Below, one piece after another: positions 44,104-57,644 of a stretch of 64,000 bases of DNA. Under the pieces are notes generated by a model. That model worked only from the letters and a program-made list of their open reading frames with translations. It made no database searches and had not been told where the DNA came from. The first letter of the stretch is position 1; each line of letters begins with the position of its first letter. The translations under genes were made by a program, and so were the position numbers. The DNA is taken from the NCBI GenBank assembly GCA_964016885.1, contig OZ024742.1, positions 85,808,001 through 85,872,000 of the forward strand. The letters run 5' to 3'. The stretch comes from Eledone cirrhosa (taxonomy: Eukaryota).

Positions 44104-46650
44104 TACATGCATTGCAAAAAACATCAGCAGCCACAGTTTTCAGAAGGACTGCCTGCACTTCAGATATTTTGACATGCAAAGCGTTCACCGCGTGGTCGTA
44201 CCTTATATGGTTAGACGTTCTGTTTTTATGTCTAAATTAGGGTTGTACTATATCAAACTAAACCTCTAGTGACTATTGCCAGATTTCCTGCATTTTCACC
44301 GATAAAGCACTGATATCCTTGTGTTTGATTGAATTCCCTTCCATAATATCACGTCGGGTTCACCAACGTTAAGAATTTGCTTACAATTAACAATGGACGA
44401 GTTGTCTTCAAACATTCTTATTGACATATAATAATAACAACAATGAAATATAATAAACTATGTGTTTTAATTTCATGGTTAGTTAGAGCATTCTATGGCG
44501 TGTGTAAGAATGACAACAAAACGGAAGTTGCATGAATTATCCAACTTGGAATTAAAAATTGGAACTAAAAATATTTTACGAAACGAAATGAAATACAATA
44601 TATTACATATCCCCGAAATTATTTTCCGAATAACAGAATAAATAAAATTCCTCCAAATCAGATATTTAAAAAGGAATATACATGAATGTGGAAATGTATG
44701 TGTATGAGTGTGTGTGTGTTTGTGTGTGTCTTTGTGTCTGTGTTTGTGCGTTTGTGTGTGTGTGTGCATGTGTGTGTCTTTGAGTGTGTTTCTGTGTGTG
44801 CGTGTGTACGTGCGTGTGTACGTGCGTGTGTGTGCATGTGTGTGTTTGTGTGTTTATGTGTGTGTGTATGTGTGTGTACAGACGTGCATGTTTCATTTGT
44901 TGATGCCGATTGACTGTGGGTATGTGTGTGCATGCATCGATAGAAAAAAGGTCTAAGAGAACGAGTGCAGCGAAGATGGTAATAATTCTAATCAATGTTA
45001 TTTATGGAGGTACTTGAACTCATTCATGTAGACCAACATTTGACAAATCGTTGTTGGTGTGCTTGGGATTCTTTGTAAGTATAATGTGAAATATAATGTG
45101 TAGTCTCATGTTAAGCAATTGATGAAGCCTATAAAACATGCTTCTCCACAAATTACTAGCTAGAAATAATGGGCTTTGTTATTAACCAATAAATTAAGGA
45201 ATGGAATCCCACTTAGGTATTCCTAATACACACATTTTACTATAAGATTTTATCACTACCGAAAAGCTAGTTTGTAATCGAAGCTGTGATAAAACGAAAT
45301 CACACATTTATAAATATAAACATGTAAATAAGTCATGTGCGCTTTTATAAATGACGGTGTGTTGACGTTGTCTTTCAGCTTCGGGAATATTCTGGATGGA
45401 CTATTTTCAGATACGAATTTATAGATGGTATTGTTTTATGATATATTGTTTGAAAATAAGCTCGAATGATTATGGCTGCATTACATTGATCAAAAATATT
45501 ATCTATCATTATATAGGACTAATAAAACACTGTGCCTGTATTTCATCCACGAGAAAGAAATTAACTGAAGGTAGGTATTTTAGGATTATACACATAAAGC
45601 AGTAAATTCAGATGAGATCAATAAAATGTTATGGCTTATAATTCTCCATTAGCGGTTTCTATCTAAATAATAGTTTCCGTATAATAACAATACGCCACCA
45701 GATTCAACTTTATGGTATTTTGTAAAAGTAAATTGATTCCGATATCATTAATCCTAACGATTATCGATAGAAACAACAAAAGGCCAAGAGATAATGCTGT
45801 GTAGTGCAAACTATTGAATAGTTTCAAAGTGAATTAAAAAGGTCTACATAATCTACTGACGTTAGATTTACAGTATTGCTCAATGATGCATATATAGCAA
45901 GACCTTCTAAAAGTATATATATCATCGCCCGCATTACCACTGTTACATTAAATACCATTGTTATTCTTCTTCATATTATATTATATTCTTTGTCATGTCC
46001 CTCATTATTAAACATATCACAATGTATTTACCACTCTCACCCACAAGAATATACACCGCCAGTATCCTATAAATTACAACAATTGGTATATTTACTTTCA
46101 TTTGTATCACCAATCTTATCAACGTTGTTTCTACTATTACATTTACTTCCCAATACTATTAATATTTTCTACCTTCTTATATATATAAATAAAAAAAACA
46201 CCACATTTCTTTTAGCACGTATATATCTGAGTATGTGTATATGAAGAGGTACGTGGATTTGTGCCTGTAGCTACGTATACTCTATTTGAGTGTGTATGAG
46301 TGTGTACCGGTGTAGAGGTTAGCCCATATAGTTAGCGTAGAAACTATTTATTTTATCCATTCATATGTTTCTATTCATTTCACACACTGTACACTTTACC
46401 GGTGTATATATTAGCACATATAGTTAGTGTAGCAACTATTTCATATATTAATTCAATTATTTACCTATATTCATTTCACATATCAGCCACACCCTTAATC
46501 CTTTTATTTTCAATCTGTCATTACCATAGTAGATGTCCGACGAAATTTTGATTGCAGAGTCGGGCTAGAACGATACATATCGAACGTTGAGTCGATCGAT
46601 AGCAGAACGCACGTCATTAGTCAATTAACGTAGTGAAGACATAAAAAATC

Positions 46651-46773
46651 GTACTTTTTAACGACCCCGTAAGGATGAACTTTGCCTTTCATCCTTACGG
46701 GGTCGATAAAAGAAAGTACCAGTAAAACACTGGGATAATTGATGGCCTTGTGCCAAAAGTATAAACAATTATT
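46651..46773 (+). mobile_element. 5'-truncated SINE with 5' inversion
   Basis: 46651-46679 is the reverse complement of ~46688-46719, followed by the normal SINE 3' end. Confidence 0.8.
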
Positions 46774-46914
46774 ATTTTAATTACACGTTGCTTAAATCTA
46801 TACATCTTTATCGACTGGAAACTACGCATCGAGTGCTCATTAGGGTGAACCTATGAACGTTACATTCTCTAGATTTATATATATATATATATATATATAT
46901 TATTAATATAGAAA

Positions 46915-46964
46915 AGCTTCTACAGGTCTAGAACTGTTTCATTCGTGAGAAATCATCAAAAGCT
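46915..46964 (-). ncRNA. Type I hammerhead motif with one core lesion
   Basis: Minus strand AGCTTT-TGATGA-TTTCTCACGAAT-GAAA-CAG(ttctagac)CTG-TA-GAAGCT. C3 is lost or mutated. Adjacent to (TA)n. Confidence 0.65.
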
Positions 46965-47474
46965 GACTGTCCAAATAAAATGTGGTGGTATTTATATCTT
47001 TTCGGGTGGTAGTAGAGGTTGGGGATTCGGATGGGTGGAGGTCATTGGTTGATGGATTTTAAAAAAAAAGGGAGTTCATTAAAAGCTAATTCTTTAAATC
47101 TCTTATATTAACAAAGGAAGAGAGAATACTGTAAACAGGTTCAAATTGGAATATCAATCCTTGTTTATCTCTTAAACTAACAATGCCTGTAAGTCAGGTG
47201 TCTACATGGTGGGTGGGGTTCACTTGTTTAAAGAAAACGGACATTCTTTAGAAACTAATTATTTAAGGCTGAGAATAGTGTGACAATCCCAGAAAGATTT
47301 CTATAAACAGGTTCAAATAATGGGGTGCTTCCCCTTATTGTGAAGTTTCTCGTAATTTATATTCCAGGTGTCAAGAGTCACATTCACACACACGCCCACT
47401 TTCACACATACACAGATACACACACACGCACACACAGCCATACACACACACAACAAACATACATATACATACAT

Positions 47475-47505
<31 letters not shown>

Positions 47506-47512
<7 letters not shown>

Positions 47513-50500
47513 TGGTAAACGGAATAGAAAATGCTGACAAATTGTTCACAGTTGAAAAATGGTTTAATTAGGAATAAAAGAGTATTAGTAATTGTATGGG
47601 TTAGTATTCAGTTGTGGTTTTAAGTTTTTAAGATCTTACCGGTTGCGCATTTCTAAATGCTTTTCAAAAATAATTTTGAGATAGAGTGTCCGTGTTGGTT
47701 GCTTTGATCTGATTAGTTTTGGGAATTCTACCTGTTTTTATGTTAAAAAAGTGGCTCCAGCGTTACTTTGGTGTTGCAAAAATTCTTGTGGTCAAAACAA
47801 TTTTGATTGGTCGGTAGAGGTCATGTGAATGTAAAAAATTATTTTGCGCCAAGACAGTTTTTATGTTAAATACAACCAACAACGTAAGCCACTTATAACA
47901 CCACAATACAACATGGCACAGAGAAACACACACCCATGCTCGCAGTACAGTAACACCCCATTCAATCTACAACCACCAACCCGAACCACATTTTACAACA
48001 ACAAGAAATATAACAAACACAGGAGACCACTTAACATTTGCAGACAACCCCTCTACCCCAACCATTTTTTAGACACAGCACACAGATACAGGCAAACAAA
48101 ATAACACAAGACAGGGAGGAGAAACCGATAGTAATAAAAATTATCAATCTTACTAGTGCAGAACCAACACCCAACCTTATCAACTTACTCTCCAAAGGTC
48201 TTAAATTCACACCGACCCCACTACGTCCTAACTACTATGAAATGAAGGAAGACATCACAGACTTCTGTAGAAAGTTACGACTTAGTGAACAACTATTCAA
48301 CCAGTACAATGAGGATGAATCATTAGCCAGAAATAGAAGCAATTACACCCCTTCAAAAGGTAGAAATAAAATCCTGGACGAATTCTGTGAACACATCACA
48401 AACTTCCCTTACCAACACTTGCACAGACAAAAACACAAGCCAAACCTCAACAAGAAAGAATGGGAAGAATTAAATAGATTGAAAACCGACAGAACCATTA
48501 AAATTAAAGAGACTGATAAAGGGGGTACAGTAGTCCTAATGGAGACAGAATTCTATATCAACTTAGCGCTCTCTACTTTGGAAAACGAAACATACTACGA
48601 ACAGGCTGAACACTACAATCAACAGAAAATTATGAGAAAAATAAAAACTCTAATCAACCAATACAAAGAAGGACTCACTAACAAGGAATTCAGCTTCATC
48701 ACAGACTTCACAAGTAAATACAGCCTCTTCTACGGTATCCCTAAAGTACATAAAAGCGAATTAATAAGTAAGGCATGCAAGGAAGCCACAGACATAGTCA
48801 TCAATGTCCCCTCACCCAATGATCTCAAATTAAGATCTATAATAGCAGGCCCTGCTTGCGAAACGCACCGTCTTAGCAACTTCATTGATACCCTTCTCAA
48901 ACCCTTCCTCAAACACATCAAAAGCTATATAAGGGACGACCTAGATATGCTCAATCACCTCCCTAATATGCCACTTTCTGAACAAACCCTACTAGTGACG
49001 TTCGATGTAGTCAATCTATACTCCAACATCCCCCACAACCTAGGAATAGAAGCTATCCAATTCTGGCTGGATAATTTCCACAATGAACTCCCACAACGCA
49101 TGAAAAAAAATTCGTGATAGAGGGACTCAAATTTTTCTTGGAGAACAATTACTTCGTTTTCAATAACAAACCCTACAGGCAGAAATCTGGGACCGCTATG
49201 GGAACGAAAACAGCCCCCACTTATGCCAACCTAGTCATGGGATACCTGGAAATCACCCTCTACACTAAAGTCCTAAACAAATTTGGAAACACCGTCCACT
49301 TACACATTGAAAGGAACTGGAAGCGATATCTAGATGACTGCTTCATCCTTTGGCCCGAAAACATCGAAAAACTTAAAGAAGTTCACACCCTTATAAATGG
49401 GATCAACACGAATATTAACTTCACGATGGAATACAGCCATCAACAACTTCCCTTCCTCGACATCCTCATTAAGATCCATAACAAAAAAATAGAAACAGAC
49501 ATATACTACAAGCCCACAGACTCCAAGCAATATATCCCCTTCAACTCTTGCCACACTAGACACGTTAAAATTAATATTCCCTACAACTTAGCCAAGAGAA
49601 TCTGTACTATAGTCTCCAATAAAAACATCTGCTACTTACGGCTACAAGAACTAAAGGACACACTCATAGGCAGGAACTACCCTGCATCACTAATTGACAA
49701 TGGAATCCAACGTGCCCTAAAACTCAGTTCCCAGGACCTTAGACACCCTAAAGTAAATCAACCGAAACTAAAAGCTCTTCCATACATCTCCACACACAAC
49801 CCTCTCAACAATGAGGCCTTTGACACCATCCTCCAGAACATCCTTGTGCTGAAAAAGGACCATAGAATGAACCAAATTCTACGAACACACGATATCATAA
49901 AGAGCAAAAGACAATCCAAGTCAATGAAAAACATCTTAACACATGCCAAAGTACTGCCAACCACAACAACGAAACCCACAGTAAAAAAATGCGATAGACC
50001 CAACTGTGGCATTTGCATCAACCTAATAGAGGGTTCGGAATTCTATTTCAAAGATGGACAACGTTTTATAGTAAAACACAATTTCACATGTGCATCGGAA
50101 AATCTAATATATGTATTAACTTGCTTAGGTTGTCGAGAACAATACATAGGCCAGACCAAACACAGCCCCCGCCAACGCATGACTGTCCATAGATCCCAAA
50201 TTAAAATACGGGAATACAGGAAAATACCACTGAGTGAACACATTGATACCTGTGCCGCCCAAAATCATCCCAAGTTTAGAATCTTTCCCCTCTACAAATT
50301 TAAAGATAATGCCACCCACACCCAGCGCATCAGCAAGGAATCTTACTTCATTAACAAATACGGACCCCGTCTAAACACTTCTCCCTAAGAGGAACCCACA
50401 ACAGACACACGTTAACATTCATACCTACATCAGCACACATCTCCACCCACATATAAACACAATGACATACGTAAACACACATGCTCTATGGTGCAACACA

Positions 50501-50516
50501 GAAAAATATATGTGTA

Positions 50517-50570
<54 letters not shown>

Positions 50571-51150
50571 ATATATGTATGTGTATATATATGTAGTGAA
50601 TATCATTTCACACCTTTTATTGTTAAGATTTTTGATGTTCTATTAAGAGAACCGATTTTACTGAAAAAATCGAATAATGTACACCATTTTACCAGGGGGG
50701 AAAGATACTGTACTGCGAGCATGGGTGTGTGTTTCTCTGTGCCATGTTGTATTGTGGTGTTATAAGTGGCTTACGTTGTTGGTTGTATTTAACATAAAAA
50801 CTGTCTTGGCGCAAAATAATTTTTTACATTCACATGACCTCTACCGACCAATCAAAATTGTTTTGACCACAAGAATTTTTGCAACACCAAAGTAACGCTG
50901 GAGCCACTTTTTTAACATAAAAACAGGTAGAATTCCCAAAACTAATCAGATCAGAGCAAACAACACGGACACTCTATCTCAAAATTATTTTTGAAAAGCA
51001 TTTAGAAATGCGCAACCGGTAAAAACTTAAAAACTTAAAACCACAACTGAATACTAACCCATACAATCACTAATACTCTTTTATTCCTAATTAAACCATT
51101 TTTCAACTGTGAACAATTTATCAGCATTTTCTATTCCGTTTACCAATATA
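47506..51150 (+). mobile_element. Neptune-like Penelope-like retroelement with ~445-bp inverted pLTR segment
   Basis: 47506-47952 and 50706-51150 are near-identical inverted repeats; the left end abuts (TA)n and the right ends in TATATA. RT-GIY-YIG ORF between them. Confidence 0.92.
48038..50388 (+). CDS. PLE reverse transcriptase + GIY-YIG endonuclease (one frameshift at A8, 49103-49110; probably 5'-truncated)
   Basis: LLSKGLKFTP, ETDKGG, FYGIPKVHK, LVTFDVVNLYSNIP, GTAMG, WKRYLDDCF, PFLD, CDRPNCGIC linker, NLIYVLTCLGCREQYIGQT, RMTVH. Confidence 0.92.
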
Positions 51151-51933
51151 TAATAACTTGTGTGTTACACCTCTATTCTTTTAACTATATATATATATAT
51201 ATATATGTTCAAATCATGTTATTGCCGACAATCGTTTCTTCCAAAATTTCGTTTGGTATCCGCGGGGCACTAGCAAAGTTTGGACATATAATTAACTTCC
51301 TATTCAACTGAACAATCATATAGGCACATGGATATTAATGATGTCATCAACAGTTTCGTATTTCCAGAGTTGAATGGATGTGACAGAGATTACAAGAGAA
51401 TTGTATAATAATTAAAGCAGTATAGAGAGTGCAAATGCGCTAGGCATATACAGGACACTTAGGTAGGAAACAAGCAATGGTACTAGGCATATATAATTAC
51501 TGCATGGCAAAGGTATCACATAAAATAACATAGGTTTACAAGCATATCAAGCAGGCAAAGCTGTTTGTGTATTAAAATTATGCGTTTATGGTGGATGTAG
51601 TGTGATAATTGTTGCTGTAATGTTCAAATGTGCATGTGTTGAGAGTATTATTATTATTGTTTTCTTTTCCATTACATTGGTTATATTTTATTTTGTGAAT
51701 GTTTATAATAAGATACAGCTATGGATTGTATATTGGTCCTATTATACTGTTATCCCGGGTTCGAGTTGTTCTGATTTGAACGTAGTTGCGATTATAGTGT
51801 TATTTATATCCCTGCTCTGTAAAACATCTGATGTTATTTTTCATTGAGCTATTTTTCTTACTGGTAGCAAGATAGTAATAAATTACTGACCATTCCTGTT
51901 TATAGTTGTATATAGTGTATATATAATTATAAA

Positions 51934-52001
<68 letters not shown>

Positions 52002-52148
52002 ACGTAGTTTAGAAAGCCACAACAATGCAGAGGGAAATCTCGAGGTAGGAAGTGAATGATAGATAGGAGAAATAGGATAAAGTGAAAATTGAAAGAGACA
52101 AAGATGAAAACAAAACAAAGGTAGAAGGGTTACCGTAGTGGAGATTTA

Positions 52149-52187
52149 ATCCCAATATTTCGGGCTCACGCCCATCAACGGGGGAAA
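52149..52187 (-). ncRNA. Degenerate minimal hammerhead in the PLE 3' region
   Basis: Minus strand TTCCC-CCGTTGA-T-GGGC(GTGA)GCCC-GAAA-TA-TT-GGGA. Two mismatches to CUGAUGA; same strand as the ORF. Confidence 0.5.
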
Positions 52188-52793
52188 GTTCCAAAAGGGG
52201 GGGAACAGGCTAAGCGGAGAAAGTAGTGATGTCGTTAAAACAGGAATGCCGTTATGGGGAGAAAAATTATTTAAAATTTAAATGAGGGAAAGAATGCGCG
52301 TGCGCGTGATAGGCTGTGGCAAAAGCTACTGACCAAATGGGTTAAATCAAGAGGGTGCGCTAGCGTGTGAAAGCCGTAAAATATGTGTGTGTAAATATAT
52401 ATGTGTGTGTAAATGTGTGTGTATATGTGTAAGTGTGTATATGTGTGAGTGTGTGTGTGTGTGTGAAAGATAGTGGGCTGTAGAAGCTGGAAATCAAAGG
52501 GTGTGAAAGGTGGTAGGTTGTAAAACATGTGTGCGTGTATAAATATAGATGTGTGTGTGTAAGCGTATGGGTATACATGTGTGTGTAACTGTGTGTGTAT
52601 ATGTGTGAGTGCGTGTGTGTGTGAAAGATAGTGGGCTGTAGAAGCTGGAAATCAAAGGGTGTGAAAGGTGGTAGGTTGTAAAAACATGTGTGCGTGTATA
52701 AATATAGATGTGTGTGTGTATGCGTATGGGTATGCATATACGTGCGTGTGTGTGAAAATAGCAGGGCGTAAGGGCTGTGAATGGTCACTATGG

Positions 52794-54473
52794 TTAAGTT
52801 AGCCATGTCAGCTCATTTCTCTCAGCCCGGTTGTTAAGTGGGGGTCTGAGGTTCTTAATAACAAGTGCTTCCTTTATCCTTAAGGATCCGATGCTGCGTT
52901 CAGTCGCTAGGACTGTGACCAAGGGTCTACCCTGTGGGTTTCCGCATTTAAGGATGTGTTTACGGAAGGAAGATGCGTTGGTGTTGATATGTTCCTTGAT
53001 ACGAACATGCAGGGGTCGGATGGTGCTACCTATGTAAAACTTGTTACATTTATCGCATTGAATCTTATATACGACATAGGTGCGTAGGCAATCTGCCCCC
53101 CGTATCGGACAGTTGCTGAGGGAACACGTCCCATCTGACTCGTCGGGTTTGTTGGAGAGGCATCTTCGCAGCGAAGGTCCTGTGTGAGCCAAATGTATGT
53201 CAAGTACCTCCGTCCGTATGGCCCTGCGGATGGCGTTCGTGGTATATTCACTCAGGTGGGGGATTTTAAAGAAGCACCTGCTTTTAGTTAAGTTTCTAGT
53301 GGGAGTCTGTCTATTGGGTCTGGGGTCTCTAATTCCGTTAATCAGTCGCTTGGGATATCCATTAGACCTGAGTAGATTACGGAATTGCGTGGTATGGGTG
53401 AGACCACCCATCGGGTCGCTGCATCTGTTAGTGATCCGTGTCAGTTCATTTAGGACATAGCCTCTCTTAGCGTTGTTGGGGAGGGCTGAGTTGTAAAGCC
53501 CAAATAAGTCCTTGCACGCTGCTTTGCGGTAGAAGGTGGTGTTTATGTCTCCTTCTTCCGAGATGTTGATACGGAAGTCGAGGAGGGCGAGTGACCCGTC
53601 TTCTCCTGGGTGTTCGATGGTGAAATCGACGTGATGGTCAGTATCGTTGAAGATTTGGTGAATTTCATTCGCCATCTCCCGGGAAGAAGTAAGTATCAGG
53701 ATGTCATCAACGTATCTGGAGTAGAAGGCGACGGCGTTGGGTTGGCAGGTATTGAGTGCCTTGCGTTCCAGGTGGTCCATGTACGAGATCGCAAGTATGC
53801 CGGACAGACGAGAGCCCATAGGTAGCCCAGAGATTTGTTTGTACGTGTGGCCGAGGAAATTGAAGAGTGCATTATCCACAACGAAGGAGAGGAGTTGGTG
53901 GATGTCCGTGTGTGTGAGTCCGAAGCAGTGTAAGTTAGATGCTCGGACTCGTTCGGTCAACACGTCGACGGCTGGGGATGCTTGTACGGAGGTATAAAGG
54001 GCGACCACATCAAGACTGAAGGCATAACCGTTGTCCTTTCTGGTGTTGGGCGCCAGATGGTGTAGTCGCTCCAAGACCTCCTTTGAGCTGCAGACGTGGG
54101 CTGGTAGTGTGTGTAGAATAGGTTTCAGTAGTGTGAAGAGCAGCCACGATATTTTGTAGAGTGGGCCCTCCACGCTAGAGACAATGGGCCTGATTTTCAA
54201 ATCGGGTCCTTGTTTATGTGTTTTAACCAGGTGGTAGAAGGTGGGTAGTTTGCTGTTTCGAGTCATTATGTTGTTTTTTACCTTCTTTGGCAGTTTTCGT
54301 TGGACACAGATGTTAGTCCATATGGTGTTAATGCCTTCCTCGATTAGAGTCGAGGAGGTCCCTGTGACTTTCGAGTAGAGGCTGTGGTCGTTAAGATGTT
54401 GGAGAGCTAAGTTGTTGTAGGTCTCTCTCGAGATGACACAGAATTCTTTCCCCTTGTCAGAGGGAAGGTACAC
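52794..54473 (-). CDS. PLE reverse transcriptase + GIY-YIG endonuclease (559-aa open segment; N-terminus frameshifted)
   Basis: PSDKG, FYHLVKTHK, RPIVS, FSLDVVALYTSV, GLPMGS, YSRYVDDIL, VVYKIQCDKCNKFYIGST, RIKEH, KEALVI...LN. Confidence 0.92.
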   Translation of the reverse strand: MYLPSDKGKEFCVISRETYNNLALQHLNDHSLYSKVTGTSSTLIEEGINTIWTNICVQRKLPKKVKNNIMTRNSKLPTFYHLVKTHKQGPDLKIRPIVSSVEGPLYKISWLLFTLLKPILHTLPAHVCSSKEVLERLHHLAPNTRKDNGYAFSLDVVALYTSVQASPAVDVLTERVRASNLHCFGLTHTDIHQLLSFVVDNALFNFLGHTYKQISGLPMGSRLSGILAISYMDHLERKALNTCQPNAVAFYSRYVDDILILTSSREMANEIHQIFNDTDHHVDFTIEHPGEDGSLALLDFRINISEEGDINTTFYRKAACKDLFGLYNSALPNNAKRGYVLNELTRITNRCSDPMGGLTHTTQFRNLLRSNGYPKRLINGIRDPRPNRQTPTRNLTKSRCFFKIPHLSEYTTNAIRRAIRTEVLDIHLAHTGPSLRRCLSNKPDESDGTCSLSNCPIRGADCLRTYVVYKIQCDKCNKFYIGSTIRPLHVRIKEHINTNASSFRKHILKCGNPQGRPLVTVLATERSIGSLRIKEALVIKNLRPPLNNRAERNELTWLT

Positions 54474-54959
54474 AAGGTTCCTGGATCTTAGGTTGGTGAG
54501 AGTATTAAATTGTGCATTGGTGAGGTTGCGTTTATTGTGTGTGTGTGTGTGTGTTGGGAAAGGATGTTAGAGATAGAATGTTTCAACCTGAGTAGTTTAG
54601 TGTCAAGTTCGTGGTTGGTGGGTGGGGGTGGAGTGGGTTGTCGAGGTGGTACGTGGGGAGTGCGGGGTGGGTTGTGGGGTTGTAATCGATCTCGGTGTTG
54701 TTTTGGATGGCGGTTAGCCATTTCAGTTGATATGCTGTCCGACAGAAGTTGGTTTCGATGTCGAGTTTCAGTCTATCATCGAGACGCTGTGTAATGATGA
54801 ACTCGGGTCCGAGGCGCAGAATTTCGAGTTCGTCGTTGGTGAGGGTACCGGTTAGGTATATATATATTAAAGAGTTAAACAAGGTTCAATGAATACACCA
54901 AAGAATGAGTTTTACAATTGATTGGAAGCACTGAACAGTAATAAGGTTTTCCAGAGTTA

Positions 54960-56400
54960 TTAATATTAATTAAAAATATTAACAAAATAGATATTCTTGT
55001 GATCAAATTATATTTTAATATACATATTTCAGAGGTACTGAGTTAAGTTCAACAGTTCGCCTTCATCATATAAAATAAAATGATACATGACATACCCTGA
55101 CATGGTAGATGGTTAAGATTCAATCAAGGTAGTGATTACCTTATGACACAACTCAATATTTATACCCAATATTTATACCCAATATTTATTGAGAACATGA
55201 GATAACTTAATAGAAACAATAGAGAGGGTGCGTATAATAGATTTTAAGAAATACATGGCATCAATATATCAGTTATAATATTGAAGACAGATGAAAGATG
55301 ATTTAAGAGAGAGAAAGATAAGGGGAGTAATTTATGTTCAAGTTTCTATACACACAGATTTCTATATAATATAGTTGGCGGTTAATTTTTAAAATATGTA
55401 ATTTATGTTATTTCAGGGTAAAGAATCATGTTTTAGGTTTTAAAAGTTAATAGGTATTTGCATTAATATTATAATATAACGTTGTTAAATTTCTAACATT
55501 CAAATTTTATGAAAACAAATTTAAAGGATTTACGAAACACGAGAAAGAACATATATATATATAATGTTTTATATCCCCACGAAGGTAATCTTTACCAAAA
55601 TGACTTAAAAATTATAGAAACTGTTGTCAATATTATAAGATAATTAGTTATAATTATTAAAGAATTTATTGTTAAATTGTTTGAGTGCCTAAAGTATCAA
55701 CCAGCCTTATAATTAAACTTAAAGAAGTCAGAATTGTCAACTGTATATATGTATTGATCATAACATACCAATATTATAGTTTATTAGTTGTTCATAGTTG
55801 AGGTGATACGTTTCAAATATAAATAATATATTATTATATTACAATAATGCAATATTGCAATATAGTAAATCATTTCCTGTAGATATTGCTCCAAAGTATA
55901 TATAGTTAAAAATATTGTTAAAGAATTAATGTTTTATTTCAATTATTTTCATTTAGTTGATATATACAATAAAGATATAAGTCAAAACTGAAAGAGTCCT
56001 ATTGATAGGGGCTAGATACAAAATAAATATACAAATAAAAGAAAATGAATTATTTGTGAAACTTAAAGATGCCAAAAATTAGAAATAAATGCTATAGGCT
56101 TTTTAAAAAGTGTAGAAAAGATATCTCTAAAATATTTTGACGAATGTAATACAAAGAAACGCTGAATATTTGAAAAAGCTGAAACGTAATCTAAATTTAA
56201 TTAAAATAAAATAAAAAAAAATAAGTTAAATTAAATTATATTATATCATTTTATATTATATTAACTAAATGATTATATAAGTACGAACTTCCAGGGAATA
56301 CCAAACACTTATAACAGTACGAACTCAGTACCTCCGAAATATGTATAATAAAATATAATTTGATCACAAGAATATCTATTTTGTTAATGTTTTGAATTAA

Positions 56401-56404
<4 letters not shown>
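54960..56404. mobile_element. AT-rich element bounded by ~85-bp inverted repeats
   Basis: 54960-55045 is the reverse complement of 56320-56404. The same sequence recurs across the TA tract at 56430-56496. Confidence 0.65.
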
Positions 56405-56431
<27 letters not shown>

Positions 56432-56642
56432 TAATTCAAAATATTAACAAAATAGATATTCTTGTGATCAAATTATATTTTATTATACATATTTCAGTCG
56501 AGAATGTATATATATATATATACATTCTCGACCCGAAATATACGTATTTCGGGTCGAGAGAGGGTAGGGTGGGAAAGAGGTGGCGGGGGTATTTTGTCGA
56601 TTTTTTTTTTTTTTAAAAGGAAATCTTTTTTAGCCATGGCAC

Positions 56643-56906
56643 CAACACGTTATATTCAAAGACGGGGTATATTTTTTAAACATTATTTTGATAAGTTAAA
56701 TATACTGGCTAAAGATAGAAGAATAAAAGAAGTGGCTCTCCGTCATTGGCTCAGATGTTTAGACATAATTCAAAGCAAATTTTAAACTCCAAAGGCTTAT
56801 TATGAACATTTCTACATTAGTCCTGTTTTAAATCATCAACATATATTGTCGCTTAAATCATCATCCAATTGCAATACCACTTGAACACTCACATACAGAA
56901 TACCCA

Positions 56907-56944
<38 letters not shown>

Positions 56945-57644
56945 ATCAAATGATTCTATGGACATACTTTATTGTATATTGCTCTTATTGTTGATTATTT
57001 AATCAATTAATTCGTCATTGAGCCACATTGTGAATGGTTGCCAAAAATATCTATATATCTATGACTTTCTCTAGTTATATTTGATAATCTCCCATATGGT
57101 TGAGATGCAATTTAGGCAATATTAGGCTGCGCTTTCTAGAAACCAGCCGACTCGCCGTAAGGCACCAATCACATTCTTTCTAACTGGACCACTGCCACGT
57201 CACAGTTCTTAGCCATTTTGAATTCGTTTCTGGCGGGGATCATTTAAGAAAATTCTTCGTCCAAGTGAGTTTGTTTCATGATGATTTCGAAACTCGTGAA
57301 TTAATCGTTGATCGGATATTTCCAAAAGCGAATGAAATGCCATGGGGTAGAAACGTAATTTTGGTATGTTTATATACATTTCTTCTTCTATCTTTGATTT
57401 AATACCTAATTGTGTATGGTTGACGATATATTTAATCGATTCCCACGTGCTATTGGAAATGCTGGGTAAATATTCTATGGCTGTTGATCGCGAATAGATA
57501 GCTGTCGCTTATTTATCTATTATTTCTTCGTAGGTGTCTTTTAATCTTATAGCCTGGTTTAATTGTTTTTTGTGTGGTTGATTATGCTGATTGGGAGAGG
57601 AAATGGTGTATATAGTTTATCAAATGATTCTATGGACATACTTT

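Larger units (their letters stand above)
52000..54860 (-). mobile_element. Second, distinct Penelope-like retroelement with 3' tandem repeats
   Basis: Coding pieces 54583-~54860 (LRLGPEFI) and 52794-54473. 3' region has ~158-bp tandem repeats (52380-52760). TA tracts on both sides. Confidence 0.88.

Noticed and set aside
50620-50700. Hammerhead in the 3' region of the 48038 PLE (CTGAAAA...GAAT...GTA)
   Set aside because: Core mismatches and no stem I or stem III pairing.
47506-51150. DNA transposon with long TIRs
   Set aside because: The internal ORF is RT plus GIY-YIG, not a transposase; the inverted repeat fits a PLE inverted pLTR.
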